Part shown: positions 52,735 through 64,000 of the stretch, piece by piece
Position numbering within the stretch: the first letter of the stretch is position 1
Layout: each line of letters begins with the position of its first letter
From: Octopus sinensis
Taxonomy: Eukaryota
Length of the DNA stretch: 64,000 bases
Assembly (NCBI RefSeq): GCF_006345805.1
Contig: NC_042999.1
Span: 76,570,001 to 76,634,000, forward strand
Reading direction: 5' to 3'
Program-made: the position numbers and the translations under genes
The notes under the pieces: model-generated
Databases searched by the model: none
What the model was told of the DNA's origin: nothing
What the model saw: only the letters and a program-made list of their open reading frames with translations

Positions 52735-52880
52735 TTTGAAGTCATTGGGCTGCAGCCATGCTGGAACAATGCCTTGAAGGGTGTAGTTGAACAAATCAAC
52801 CCCAGTAGTTATATTTAGATCTGATTCTTATTCTATCGCTCTCGTTTACCGAATCGCCATGTTACGTGGACGGAAAAAAT
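52735..52880 (-). mobile_element. Family-B SINE 3' half
   Basis: GTCATTGGGCTGCAGCCATGCTGGAAC..TTATTCTATCG..GTTACGTGGACG. Confidence 0.7.
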
Positions 52881-53198
52881 CAAACACACACACAGATGCA
52901 CATTCATACACACATACACACACATATATATATTAATATTTTAAGAAGAATATTAACGCGCGCGCGCAAATAACTAAACATACTCTCATCTACTCAGTCT
53001 GTTAAAGTGTCTCAACCGGTCAACATGTAACTTCCTTAAAGTCCATTCGCCCTAATAATATTACACTCAAAATCTGCAAGTGAGTCTGAAACGAAACAAT
53101 TGTAGGCAATGTTAATTCATTAACTTTATCCATTAAATCTCTTCATTTTCTTGCTTAATAATACAATATATGTATACGTACATCTATATATGTGTGTG

Positions 53199-53261
53199 TA
53201 TAAAATTTAAAGGACTGACCACTAAAAGGTGAACAGAATGGTCAGTCCTTTAAATTTTGTA
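53199..53261. repeat. Short hairpin, 23-bp stem and 17-nt loop
   Basis: TATAAAATTTAAAGGACTGACCA-CTAAAAGGTGAACAGAA-TGGTCAGTCCTTTAAATTTTGTA. Confidence 0.85.
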
Positions 53262-53424
53262 TGTAAAAAAAAGATTTTAATCTTCGGATTTTTTTAAAAT
53301 ATGCTAGGCCACTGGTTTTAATTGATTAATATCAATTTCTACCCTTATTCAATATGTGTGTGTATATGTAGATATATGTATACACACACACTCACACACA
53401 CATACACATACACACACATATATG

Positions 53425-53463
<39 letters not shown>

Positions 53464-53619
53464 CGGAGATGTACTTGCATAGCAAGTGACTTGGTGTGCT
53501 GAAACAAAAACAATTGCAGCGTGGAAGATGTTTGTAATCCATTTAAGAACACACAAAAAAAATCGTTAGATTCACTTCAACATTAACATTTCATTTGTGT
53601 CAAAATATTTTCAACGCTA

Positions 53620-54040
53620 GCACGAAAGTTTGTAAGTGTACAGGTCGCGGTTTCATAGCTGTTCTTTTATGCTGCTTACTGCGTCTTTGTATATTCTTAC
53701 TTCCACAGCTTACCCACTGTTTATTCGTCTGTTCTGGTTTTCCTCCGCCATATTTCCTCTTTGACAATTCCAATCGTTCTTCACTCTGTTATCTTTGCAT
53801 TGGTGCTTCATTTCAAGCTTACTGCATTCACTTCCTGTATACGTTTCCAAGGAACACTTCATTTTTCTTTTTGTTATTTGCACATGGTTGTCCCACAATT
53901 CCGCACTCCGTGCTTCTTTTCAGCTTATACGAACATATACTTCGGATTTTCTTTTTGTTTTCATTTCTTTATCTCCATAACTTATTTTTCAAATTTTTCA
54001 ATCTCCTCGATTCTAATACATATTTCGAAAACTATACATA
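53620..54040 (-). mobile_element. Possible R4/Dong-like pre-RT remnant
   Basis: VPWKRIQE and LSKRKY..KQWV..KNIQRRSKQHK loosely follow the PWKRR / RKY / KQR..K.RY..R.KQ pattern; many stops. Confidence 0.35.
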
Positions 54041-56866
54041 ACTGTTTGTTGTTTGTTATATCGATTTACTTGTATTATATTCAAATATAACAAATAAAAT
54101 ATGTATGCTACACACTAGTCTGGTGAGGAGTCAATTCGTTGACCTTTCACTAATCAGATGCACATCCCAAGATGATGACGACGGCAACATCAACAACGAC
54201 GATGATGACAGCAACAACGATGATTATAATAAATGCTAACTAAAAACTTGAAAATTATTATCATTACTTAAATACTTGCCACGTAAGAGAAAATGATTGA
54301 AAGTTAAAATTTTATAAAGCATATGATAATATGTTAAAATATATGAAGTCTCTTATGTAGCCAATAAACAAATGTTGCATATTTTAAATGTATGAATAAT
54401 TATGGTAAGTTTTCTAAAATTACATTTTGTATCGTCCATATTTTATATTATCTTTTTATAAATTATCCTTCACAGTAAAGAACTGTGTTTATATGCATTA
54501 AATATTTGTGTGTGTATGTGTGTGTGGGTGTACTGATTTATGTAAAAGTACATAAATAAAAATGTGTATCTATGTAGGCGATTTCGTATATTTTTATCTA
54601 CTTGTAGATGCAAATCTTTACAGAAATATGCATTGTCTACAAGTTTATTTGGATAACATTGATCTAGTTATGCAGTTAAATGTATGCATTTGTCTATATT
54701 TAAATATCTATACATGTATATTTATAAATAGTCCAATTAGAAACACAGTATACTCCAACAAATAATTTAGCAATAATACATTTCTGCAGTAGCAGCACGG
54801 TACTATTACTTTAAATAATTTAGCGTTACAAAATTTATATCAATCCCATTCGGTGGGAAATTTCTTAAAAGTAAGTTTCAGCATCATTACGTTTGACCTC
54901 TCTCTGACATACCTACATTCTGTTACAAATCGAAACGGTATTTTCTATAATCACTGCCAACCTATATACCAAGTAACTTACGTTTGTTGAAAATTTTCTT
55001 GATTAGTCATAAGAAATCTTTCAACCAACACATATTGTGACCTGAACATGACATATGTTCCACATGAACTCGTATACAAGTTTATTTATAATACCTTGCT
55101 TTACAGATAATTTCAAGCTTCTTGATCAAACCAGAAACAGTCTTCATTATCCCTTGCTCATCACTCACATCTTACAAATATGCTTCCTTTTGCCTTTCTC
55201 CATCACGGCCTCCTACATAACTGCGTTTCTTTTCTGCCTACAAACTATGTTGTACTCCGATAGAACACTGTTATATATAAGAAATTTACAGAAACCTGTG
55301 GGATAAAGGTATCGGACAGGCAAAATTTATAAAAGTTTCTTGTCCTATCGTTGGTACAGAAGACTATAATCATAAACAAAAACTTTGAGCTCTCAAGGTA
55401 AGTCCTCCTGCAAGTAATCAGTTAGATAAAGTGCATTCCGGAATTCAGGTCTCCTTATTTTCTGGTAATGACAAATCCCATAAACCCGATTTCGACTACT
55501 ATCGACATTGTTTTTCTTCATGTAGTGTATTTATGGTCAGTTAGTCTCTTGATAGTATCCGTTCCCCAAGATACAAATTTATAATCACAGATAAAGATAA
55601 ACAGAGCACTAAGGAAACACAAGACAGTGTCTTGTGGTGCTGATGACACAAATAAGTCGTTCCTACTCAGCGATATATGCGAGTCAAGTGCTTTAGTCAT
55701 GCATACAACATACTATCGCTGACAATATACTAACTATCCGGCTCTATCAATCTGATGAACCTCTCTCTCACGGACCAGAAGGATGAAACATAGGATCTTC
55801 TCAATATATTATACCGCTCTCCCTAGCAACAATTTCACCATTAACAACACCATCACTAACAATATTATCAACACCAGTTCCTACATCACCAACAAGAAAA
55901 CCACTAACACCCAACATCACTAACACTAGTAATACCGACCAATATTTTACCAATAGCCACCAACGTCAACAAGGACAACAACCCAACACAGCCAAAACCA
56001 ACACTTAAACCACCAACAATGGCATCAAACAAACATTGCTAATACAATTACCAACAACATCATTAACACCATCGATACCAACTGCACATACACCAACACA
56101 ACCACCAACAACTCCACAACCAACAATCCTATCACCAATAACACAACCATCAACATTTCCACTAATGCCATCACTACCATCAACGCCACCACCACTAACA
56201 CCAAAGAGGCGAGCCAACGAAGGTGTGTACGCTAGCAACCACGTCTCTTCCAAATTACTTCATACTCTCTGTAGAAAGGATGATCACATTGTAGAATGGA
56301 AATTTAAATATACAAAAAAAATCCCCTATATCCCAACAGATAGAACGAACGTGATCGTAGGTCAGCTCGATCTAGGTTGACCTGGGTGGGGGAGGCTCAG
56401 CAACAGCAACAAAAACAACAACAGCAGCAGAAACTACCATCGCAACAACAAGAGGCATTAGCATCCTTAAGATCATCAAGGGATAAGGCTAACCCATGAC
56501 ATCTTCAATGATATTAACTGTCAGACTACCACGGCAACAACAACTACACCAATAACCACTACACAACTACAACAGCTACTACTACTACTACTACTACTAC
56601 TAAACACAGCAATAAAAACAACTGCAATGTCAACAACAAAATATAGTTGTTAAAAGTTAGAAAGAAGTTAAACAATGGCGTGACATTTGCAGTTTTCTGA
56701 ACAATAGATTATTTGGTAGCCTCTTCCCACTGCCTCAATCCAGAAATGATGAAATGTCCTTGAAAATACCAGAATACCAAGTTTTCACTGTAGCTTCAGA
56801 GAGCCTTGCATGGGTATCTGTGTGTATATTTATGTATGTATATACATATATGTGAGGAGAAATAAG

Positions 56867-56903
<37 letters not shown>

Positions 56904-57199
56904 CAATCAAGTCAACATATCTCACTCTCCCACCTTCTCTTCATATACATATATATGTATGTGTGTGTGTGTGTGTGTGTGTATTATCCCCTTAGAGACA
57001 GACGAAAGAGAGTAATAATGAAATAGAAAAATAGAGATTTGACAATGTATGGCAGCGGAGGAGATGTATGTGGCTGTTCCCGTTTGTTCCATTCTGTACG
57101 TCTTTTATATTTGCATCATTTCTGCCTAACCCTAAAATTATCTTTAATTTCCATTTTAGCAAATGTTTCCAAAATTTTATTGTTGATTGTATTCTCTCC

Positions 57200-57243
<44 letters not shown>

Positions 57244-58428
57244 TGTGTCTGTTTGTATGTGTGTGTATATATATATGGCAATGGAAATTGTTGCTAAAAC
57301 GCTTTTTTTTTACGGTTCTTCTTTCTTAAATAATAGTCTGGAATCAAAAAGATTCATCATTTAAATATAAAACTTTTTTAAAATGTGACATGAAAATATA
57401 ATAAACCACTTTTAGAATGATGTAATGTGTTCATTTCAACAGCAAGAGCAACACTTTTTAGATAATTATAGTACATTATCAAAGAATTTGAATTAGTCAT
57501 AATTATAGTTTTTCAGTAAAGTATATATACAGTGCGTTTATTGAAAATAACTTAGGAATATTATTATTACTTCCATCATCATCATCCTTATCAACGTCAT
57601 TATGATTATTTATTATTATTATTATTTGTCGATTTGTGGGGGACGGTAAAGTTTCCATTGATTCGATATGAATGTAATGCTAGCTAAACCATTATTCCTT
57701 GTCATTCATTTCGGAGTTCAACCTGCTGCAGATTCTGTGTAAGTTCTGAACATCACAACATCTCATCTCTCTCACATCTTCAGACAGTGGATGTAGTGTA
57801 TATTTCATAGAGTATATCAATTTGATTCAATTCTGCTTCACATATCATTTTAGACTTTAGGGCTGCTTAGAAATAAACGAATATTGTAAACTTTACAACG
57901 GTTTTGATATCGTATCTCGCAGTCACGAGTTCAAATCACATTGCTGCATTGACTATTTAACCACGATCTTTTCTAATCCTTCAAAAACAATTACCTGCAA
58001 TATATATAGTTGGGTAATATTTTGCTGTTATGCCTATTTCCAGTGAACAGAAAACTGCCTTCTTATGAATGAATAACGGTTATTTATATTAAATGATGTT
58101 TAGTCTACAAAACGGTTTTGTTTCATAATTCTAAGCATTTCCCTTTACTGGTCTAGCTTACTGAACTGCGAAAATGAAGAAACCTTTGTGTTGTCATTCT
58201 ATGTGCTATAAATAGCAGCCAACCCTCCGAGAAAGGGCAACATAATGTATTAAAAACGGAGAGGAGAGATAGGTAATTAATTAGTCCGAATTGTTTAAGA
58301 AAACCTTGTTTCTAACTAGACTTAAAAACTAATGCAGAATTGTACCGCTGCCCGTGAAACTATGGAATAATTGTACTACTCCCGAATGAATGTGTTTGTA
58401 TAAGGTTCTTTTGGAAAAAAAACATATA

Positions 58429-58476
<48 letters not shown>

Positions 58477-58554
58477 GGGCGGGATGTATACCGAAAGAGA
58501 GAAATTTAAATAGATAGATGCTCATTTGTAGGCGTGTGTGTATATCATGATGTA

Positions 58555-58800
58555 TAAGTGACAAAAATCATAACATTTCCTTTGAAAGGTCTCCGGTTCA
58601 TTGATGGGTTCAAAGCAAGTAATTTTGAGGAGAGGGGAGTCGATTACACCGCTCAAAATATTTGACAGGTGCTTTATTTTATCGACCCAGGAGGGATGAA
58701 AGGCAAAGTTGTCCACGGTGGGGTTTGAACTCGGAACGTAAAAAAACAGAACATGCCATTTAGCATTTTCTTTGACGTTTTAATGATACTGCCACCTTCC
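58555..58800 (-). mobile_element. Family-A SINE
   Basis: GGGGAGTCGATTACACC..TTTATCGACCCAGGAGGGATGAAAGGCAAAGT..GGGTTTGAACTCGGAACGTAA. Confidence 0.8.
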
Positions 58801-59103
58801 GTCATATATATGCACGATTATGCACAAATATATAAATTGTTCCTCGATACATATATACATATTCATGTAATAATATGTTTATGCAGGTGTGCATATTTAC
58901 AAAATACATTTCTATATTTTCTATTTCCTCAACTTTCTAGATATGTGTATGTATATGTATTAAAGGGATCACTGATGTGTATAAAACTTCCCCCACCTTT
59001 ATAAAATGCATATCTCCGTGTGCGCGTGTGCGCGCATATTTGCGTGTATTCACCCATGAATTATCTTCAAATGTATACATATGGTTACACATCAATATGA
59101 ATA

Positions 59104-59163
<60 letters not shown>

Positions 59164-59187
59164 GTATTATATATACGAATATATATA

Positions 59188-59232
<45 letters not shown>

Positions 59233-59718
59233 TACATACATATTCATATAGATATACATATAAACACACACTCACACACATACATATTTGTGTGCAGTTG
59301 ATGCATATTGATAGATAAGTAGATGGTATAGATAGATTGTACACACTTCGTTTTATTGTTTCACTAGAAAGCGCGCTGGAGAAGATAGAAAGGAAGCGAA
59401 AGAGATGCGTATACACACATATATGTACACACACATACATATATATATAGAGAGTGTGTGTGTGTTAAATCGACTTTCGGTATATAGTTTTTATTGGAAA
59501 AAAGGAAGAGCAGCAGAAAGAGAGGGAGAGATAGATAGAAACAAATATACATTATCACAGAAAGCATCTCCACATTACAACAGATTGTCATTCATACAAA
59601 ATTGCATATTCTCTATAACATTCTCTCGATATTGATTTGAAACAATTGGAACTGCCACATATTTCCCTAATACATTCTCACTCATCCTTCTTTTTCTCTT
59701 TTAACCTCTTTATCTCTT

Positions 59719-59754
<36 letters not shown>

Positions 59755-59946
59755 CTTTCTTTTTCTATCATTTTATCTTTGATTCCTTGGAATTTACATT
59801 AAATAAATAAATGAATATAAAAAGAGAGAGAGAAAAACAAATAATACTGAAATAATTATCTCATGGTTTCATCTCGATATTTTTCGCCCATGTCGTTCGA
59901 AATAGCAACACTTGGGAATGAATAACTAATATTGATTTTTGTTCAG

Positions 59947-59964
59947 AGCATCGTGGAGTAAGAG
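59947..59964 (+). CDS. Candidate 18-nt micro-exon
   Basis: Branch-like CTAAT, ATTGATTTTTGTTCAG|AGCATCGTGGAGTAAGAG|GTAAGC; open in two frames (ASWSK or HRGVR). Confidence 0.25.
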
Positions 59965-60721
59965 GTAAGCTTTTTTGATGTGTCAAGTTTGCAAAGCGGT
60001 TTCAATTTTCAGCTAGGAAGACATTTCATTTCACTTCCGTTATCTAATGGGAGACATTAGATCGAGGACTGATAGTGTGATGTATTTCATTTGACATTTT
60101 ATTTAGCCAAGCTGTTGTATCGTTTTCTTAACTTGACTAAAGACTGACCACCTTTAGATATGACTGAATCAACTCCATTGCATGACTGGTGGCTCATTTA
60201 TTGACCACTAAAAGATAAAATGCAAAATCAAGCCCTTGTCAGTCCCATTACGAAATCGGATATACACCACCATTAGAATTGAAATAGTATTTACTTATTT
60301 GAACTAAATGTAAAGCATAATGTTGAGTTATTTTAATAGCGAATGCTGCTTTTATGTTGGGATCTTTTGTAGAATACCGTACAGTGTAGATTCAATTGGC
60401 TACCAACTGGCATGGATACTTAATTCATCCATCTAAAAGCGTATGACAAGGAGGAGTTGAATCCGACTCGAAATATGGACGAGTTAAACTGTCTATTACA
60501 ATGTATTCAATGCTGGCAATTCACAGCTTCTACGTTGACGCCTTACACGAAAAACTAATATTGACATTGTTATATATGAAACTATTTTCGCTTCAATCTT
60601 CTGGCAGCCATTTTTTTTCAATACAAAGAAGAAAAACAATACACAGAAGAAAATATAATTGTTATTGATTTCTCCAATCACTTGTCTTCTGACTTGTCAC
60701 ACTATATCGATTATAACTTTT

Positions 60722-60792
<71 letters not shown>

Positions 60793-61191
60793 TTTGCACT
60801 AACTTGAATTTGCAGTTAAAAGAGAATTATCAGGCGTTAAAGGGACTGATTAATCTTTGCCATATCAACTCTTTGAAAGATTTACTTCTTGACAGAAGAC
60901 ACTTGACTGTAATATACTTGAGCTATGAACCCCAGCATATCAGGAAGGAGGTTGCGATTTCAATTCACAGTCGAATATAATACTTTCTTTTATTTGCGCC
61001 GTTGCTACACACAAGTAATATGATGAAAGTTAAGAGACTATAGACGAAAGTAATCCTTAGAACACAAAGACAAAATAAATATTGCAGTTCTTTGAGTTCT
61101 GCACTGTTTGGTGTACACAATTCTCCACTGTCCTTAATAAAAAAAAACGTAGCAATTTTCCATTTCCAATCTACTCGTAATATACAGAGGT

Positions 61192-61330
61192 GGTCCGCCG
61201 AGGTCTACTTTGCCTTTCATCCTTTCAGGGTCGATTAAATAAGTACCAGTTACGCACTGGAGTCGATGTAATCGACTTAATCCCTTTGTCTGCCCTGTAT
61301 GTTTATCTCCCTGTGGGCAATAAAGAAATA
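61192..61330 (+). mobile_element. 5'-truncated family-A SINE
   Basis: CCGCCGAGGTCTACTTTGCCTTTCATCCTTTCAGGGTCGATTAAATAAGTACCAGTTACGCACTGGAGTCGATGTAATCGAC..GGGCAATAAAGAAATA. Confidence 0.88.
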
Positions 61331-61929
61331 CATATACAGAAGTGATTGAAGTGTAACTGGCTGAGTTAACATGGTAGTGGATAACAAACCGAGACGTTAG
61401 TGGTTACTCCCAGTCATCGGCATATCTGGTGGGAAATAAATATCCCTAAAATTTGAATTATAACATTTAAAATTCAACATTTATAGCTCGTACAATTAGG
61501 ACCTCATCTTTTCACAATTCAAAATTTTTGAGATTGTCCTAATTTATTCATTAACATAGGTCTTGTGTTTTTTTTTTTACTATATAGTTATGTATTTATG
61601 CACATTTTCTTGGGTTTTATGGTATTTTGGAAGAAAGATTTGTCTCGTAAATATTTATTCATGGAAACAAATCTAGGGCACCATTGTCCCAGCAGACAGA
61701 TTAAAAATTGTAAGCAATTAGCGGTTGTTGATGACATCGGTAAAAGTAACATAAAATTCCTTGCGGTATTTCGTTACATACTGAATAGAGATCCAAAATC
61801 AGGCATATTGTGGCAGATAAAAAGATGCAAAGGTTGATTTAATTGGATATTTTCTTCCACCCATTTTGTTTTAAATTTTGGTCATTTCTATACAGTTCTA
61901 AAAACTGTTTTTTTTTTTTATTAAATGTT

Positions 61930-62680
61930 GATGGCATTCACGGTCCCGACAGCATAAAATAATTCATTGTGGTCATAAAAATATAGCTCTGTTTTACAGC
62001 TCCAGTTCAGCCCTTAATCTTGCTGAAACAAAGGCGTTCCAGCTGTAATAATGCCCAATTTGTTCCGTGTATAATGTATCTGGGACTACATTAATTATTG
62101 CGGTCTTATTTTTAATTTCCTTAATGTACGATATTGTCATATGAGATTTGGTTATTAAATCTATCAGCAAATATAGGCCTCATTATTGGGTCAATAGCAA
62201 AACTTATAGTATACTCAAGATTGCTTATTAGAAAAGAAAAGTTTAGAGTATTAATTTCTAATATTGGTACAGGTCAGGAAGTTTTAGAGAGTCTGCAGTC
62301 AATCAAATTGACATTATAGTACTCGACGTTAGCATTATTTCATCGACCACCCACTCCCAGAGAGATAGTCGGAAGGACAAGTCACCCTCAGTGGGATTTG
62401 AACATGGAGAGCCTTGAATGATTAATGATTCTTCCCCTATGGATTTCGCAAAATGATTAACACTTATCGACATCACAGGAAGTGACAAAATGTGAAATCC
62501 ACGAGTATTTTCATTCACAAAGTACAGCCTCAAAACAATAAATTTTTACTCAATTTTGATAGCTACTTCTCGCCGATTGAGCAACCAAACAGACATACCC
62601 TTGTTTGTTCATTTAGGTTATTTGTGACATTCATCACTGTACTTAAAGAGTTTCAGTATTTAGGACTTAAAAATTAAAAG
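61930..62680 (+). mobile_element. Heavily decayed CR1/L2-type reverse transcriptase fragments
   Basis: Colinear degenerate motifs HGPDSI, GVPA, NAQFVP, QIDIIVLDVS (cf. VD.IYLDFSKAFD) and KEFQYLG. Confidence 0.4.
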
Positions 62681-63607
62681 TTGAATGTTGAAACGTTATT
62701 TTGTATTTTGTTAGATCAATCAACTTGCGAAGTAACAAATCAGCAGAATTAAGAAGTTGAGTTTTTTTTTTCTATTAATGTGCCAGTCTTTCGATAATGA
62801 TGAAGAATTAAATGCTTTGATGTTCAATCTGATGCAAAGCGAAGGGGGGATTGCTACTGACTAGTAGTGTGCGGGTAGTGGTTGGGATGGGGGTAATTAA
62901 ATAATATCAATTATAAATTACTATTTATAATGAGCCTGCAGAGTTAAATTCAATAAAAAAGAAACTACTTTTAATAGTATCGGCTAATTCAGAGATGGGA
63001 AAAAACTATTTTTGCCTCAGTACATTATATATCGGTTGCGCTTTTCATATCTTTTTCTTTCTTTCTTTTTATATATTGCAAATAAAAGTCCGCAAATTAA
63101 GTATAATAATTAGTAGTGATTGTATTGCTATTGTTGTTGCAGAAATTGTGCCCTAAAACCAGAGAGAACATTCTGCTTTCTATAATAGTATAAAATTCTA
63201 CTATAATTTGAGAAATCACATGATATAGTTTTGAAACTAATTCCATCTATTTATGTTTTCCATTTACATTTTTTCTGTATATACGCTAATATAATTTTAT
63301 ATTATGTTGTTTATATAGCTTTATTTCCGTTTTGTATATTTACTTGTTTATCTCGCTTAATATTTCCCATCAGTTCGCATTAACGACCCTATTAAGAGCT
63401 GATTGATTAGCTGTTAATAGGATTGTTAAAATAAGCAACAGACCGGTACAGGGGCCGACTTAATCAAACGTTCTTTCATATTTGAGACCTTGTGCCAATG
63501 TTAGAAATCAATATTATTTAGAGAGATCAAGAATGGGGAGTTGAACAAAAAATGGATAGTGTACCTTACTCTATTTTCAGCTTGGTAGAAGCAGCAGCAG
63601 CAGTAGC

Positions 63608-63640
<33 letters not shown>

Positions 63641-63669
63641 TGCTGTTGTTATTGTTGCACGAAATGCAA

Positions 63670-63830
63670 GATGACTACATGTTGCTACATCAAGTACCTA
63701 ACTTTCAAAAGTATCAGCAACACAAGTGACGTAACGAAAACCCACCTTGGCCTACTCCTAGTACATCCTATCAAACTGGAGTATGCCTGCATACACTCCC
63801 TTTATTCTACCGTTTCTACCCTTTATTCAT
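63670..63830 (+). mobile_element. Possible LINE RT C-terminal fragment
   Basis: LVHPIKLEYAC resembles the LVRP.LEYA motif. Confidence 0.3.
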
Positions 63831-64000
63831 ACCTTTCTACCTCTCCACCGTTTAATTTTACTAACTGTACCCATATCAAGGCAACCTAATAATAGCAAAC
63901 CCTGCGGGACTCGTGTAACATTTACCATGTAACATCACTCATACGAGAGATAGTAACAGAGTCCGAAAAAAATAGTATTCATCTTAGCAAGTATTATTTA

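Noticed and set aside
55745-55795. CTGATGA...GAAAC hammerhead-like strings here and at ~13107, ~38660 and ~42201
   Set aside because: No stem II closing onto GAAA, or no cleavage triplet and stem I.
55840-56380. Thr/Pro-rich mucin-like ORF 56036..56380
   Set aside because: Degenerate (ACC/AAC)n low-complexity DNA with stops nearby and no splice support.
56661-56814. Protein-like frame KEVKQWRDICSFLNNRLFGSLFPLPQSR
   Set aside because: No good acceptor, and the opposite strand reads RLPNNLLFRKL like an RTE tail; unresolved.

Overview
AT-rich, microsatellite-saturated eukaryotic DNA with one 100-N assembly gap (19188-19287). The SINE families and repeat landscape look like an octopus (Octopus-type cephalopod) genome; this is recognised from memory, not from a search. 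No intact protein-coding gene is identifiable. Nearly all long ORFs in the track come from stop-poor simple repeats or decayed transposons. Real content: about 24 tRNA-derived SINE copies or fragments in three families, mostly on the minus strand; at least 7 remnants of R4/Dong-like (RLE) non-LTR elements; RTE and CR1/L2-type remnants; four or five Tc1/mariner derivatives; two large foldback elements; and a set of Penelope-like (PLE) and hammerhead-ribozyme elements sitting in (TA)n tracts. The most striking item is a ~370-bp ORF-less insertion inside a SINE's (TA)n that carries a fully canonical minimal type I hammerhead ribozyme (40098-40140, minus strand). A GIY-YIG PLE with its own hammerhead (32993-36305) is flanked by 3+1 copies of a ~70-bp target unit. 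A dense ETS/E-box/CRE/YY1 motif cluster with a Kozak ATG (47043-47107) and a few well-formed splice-site pairs are weak hints of a host gene.
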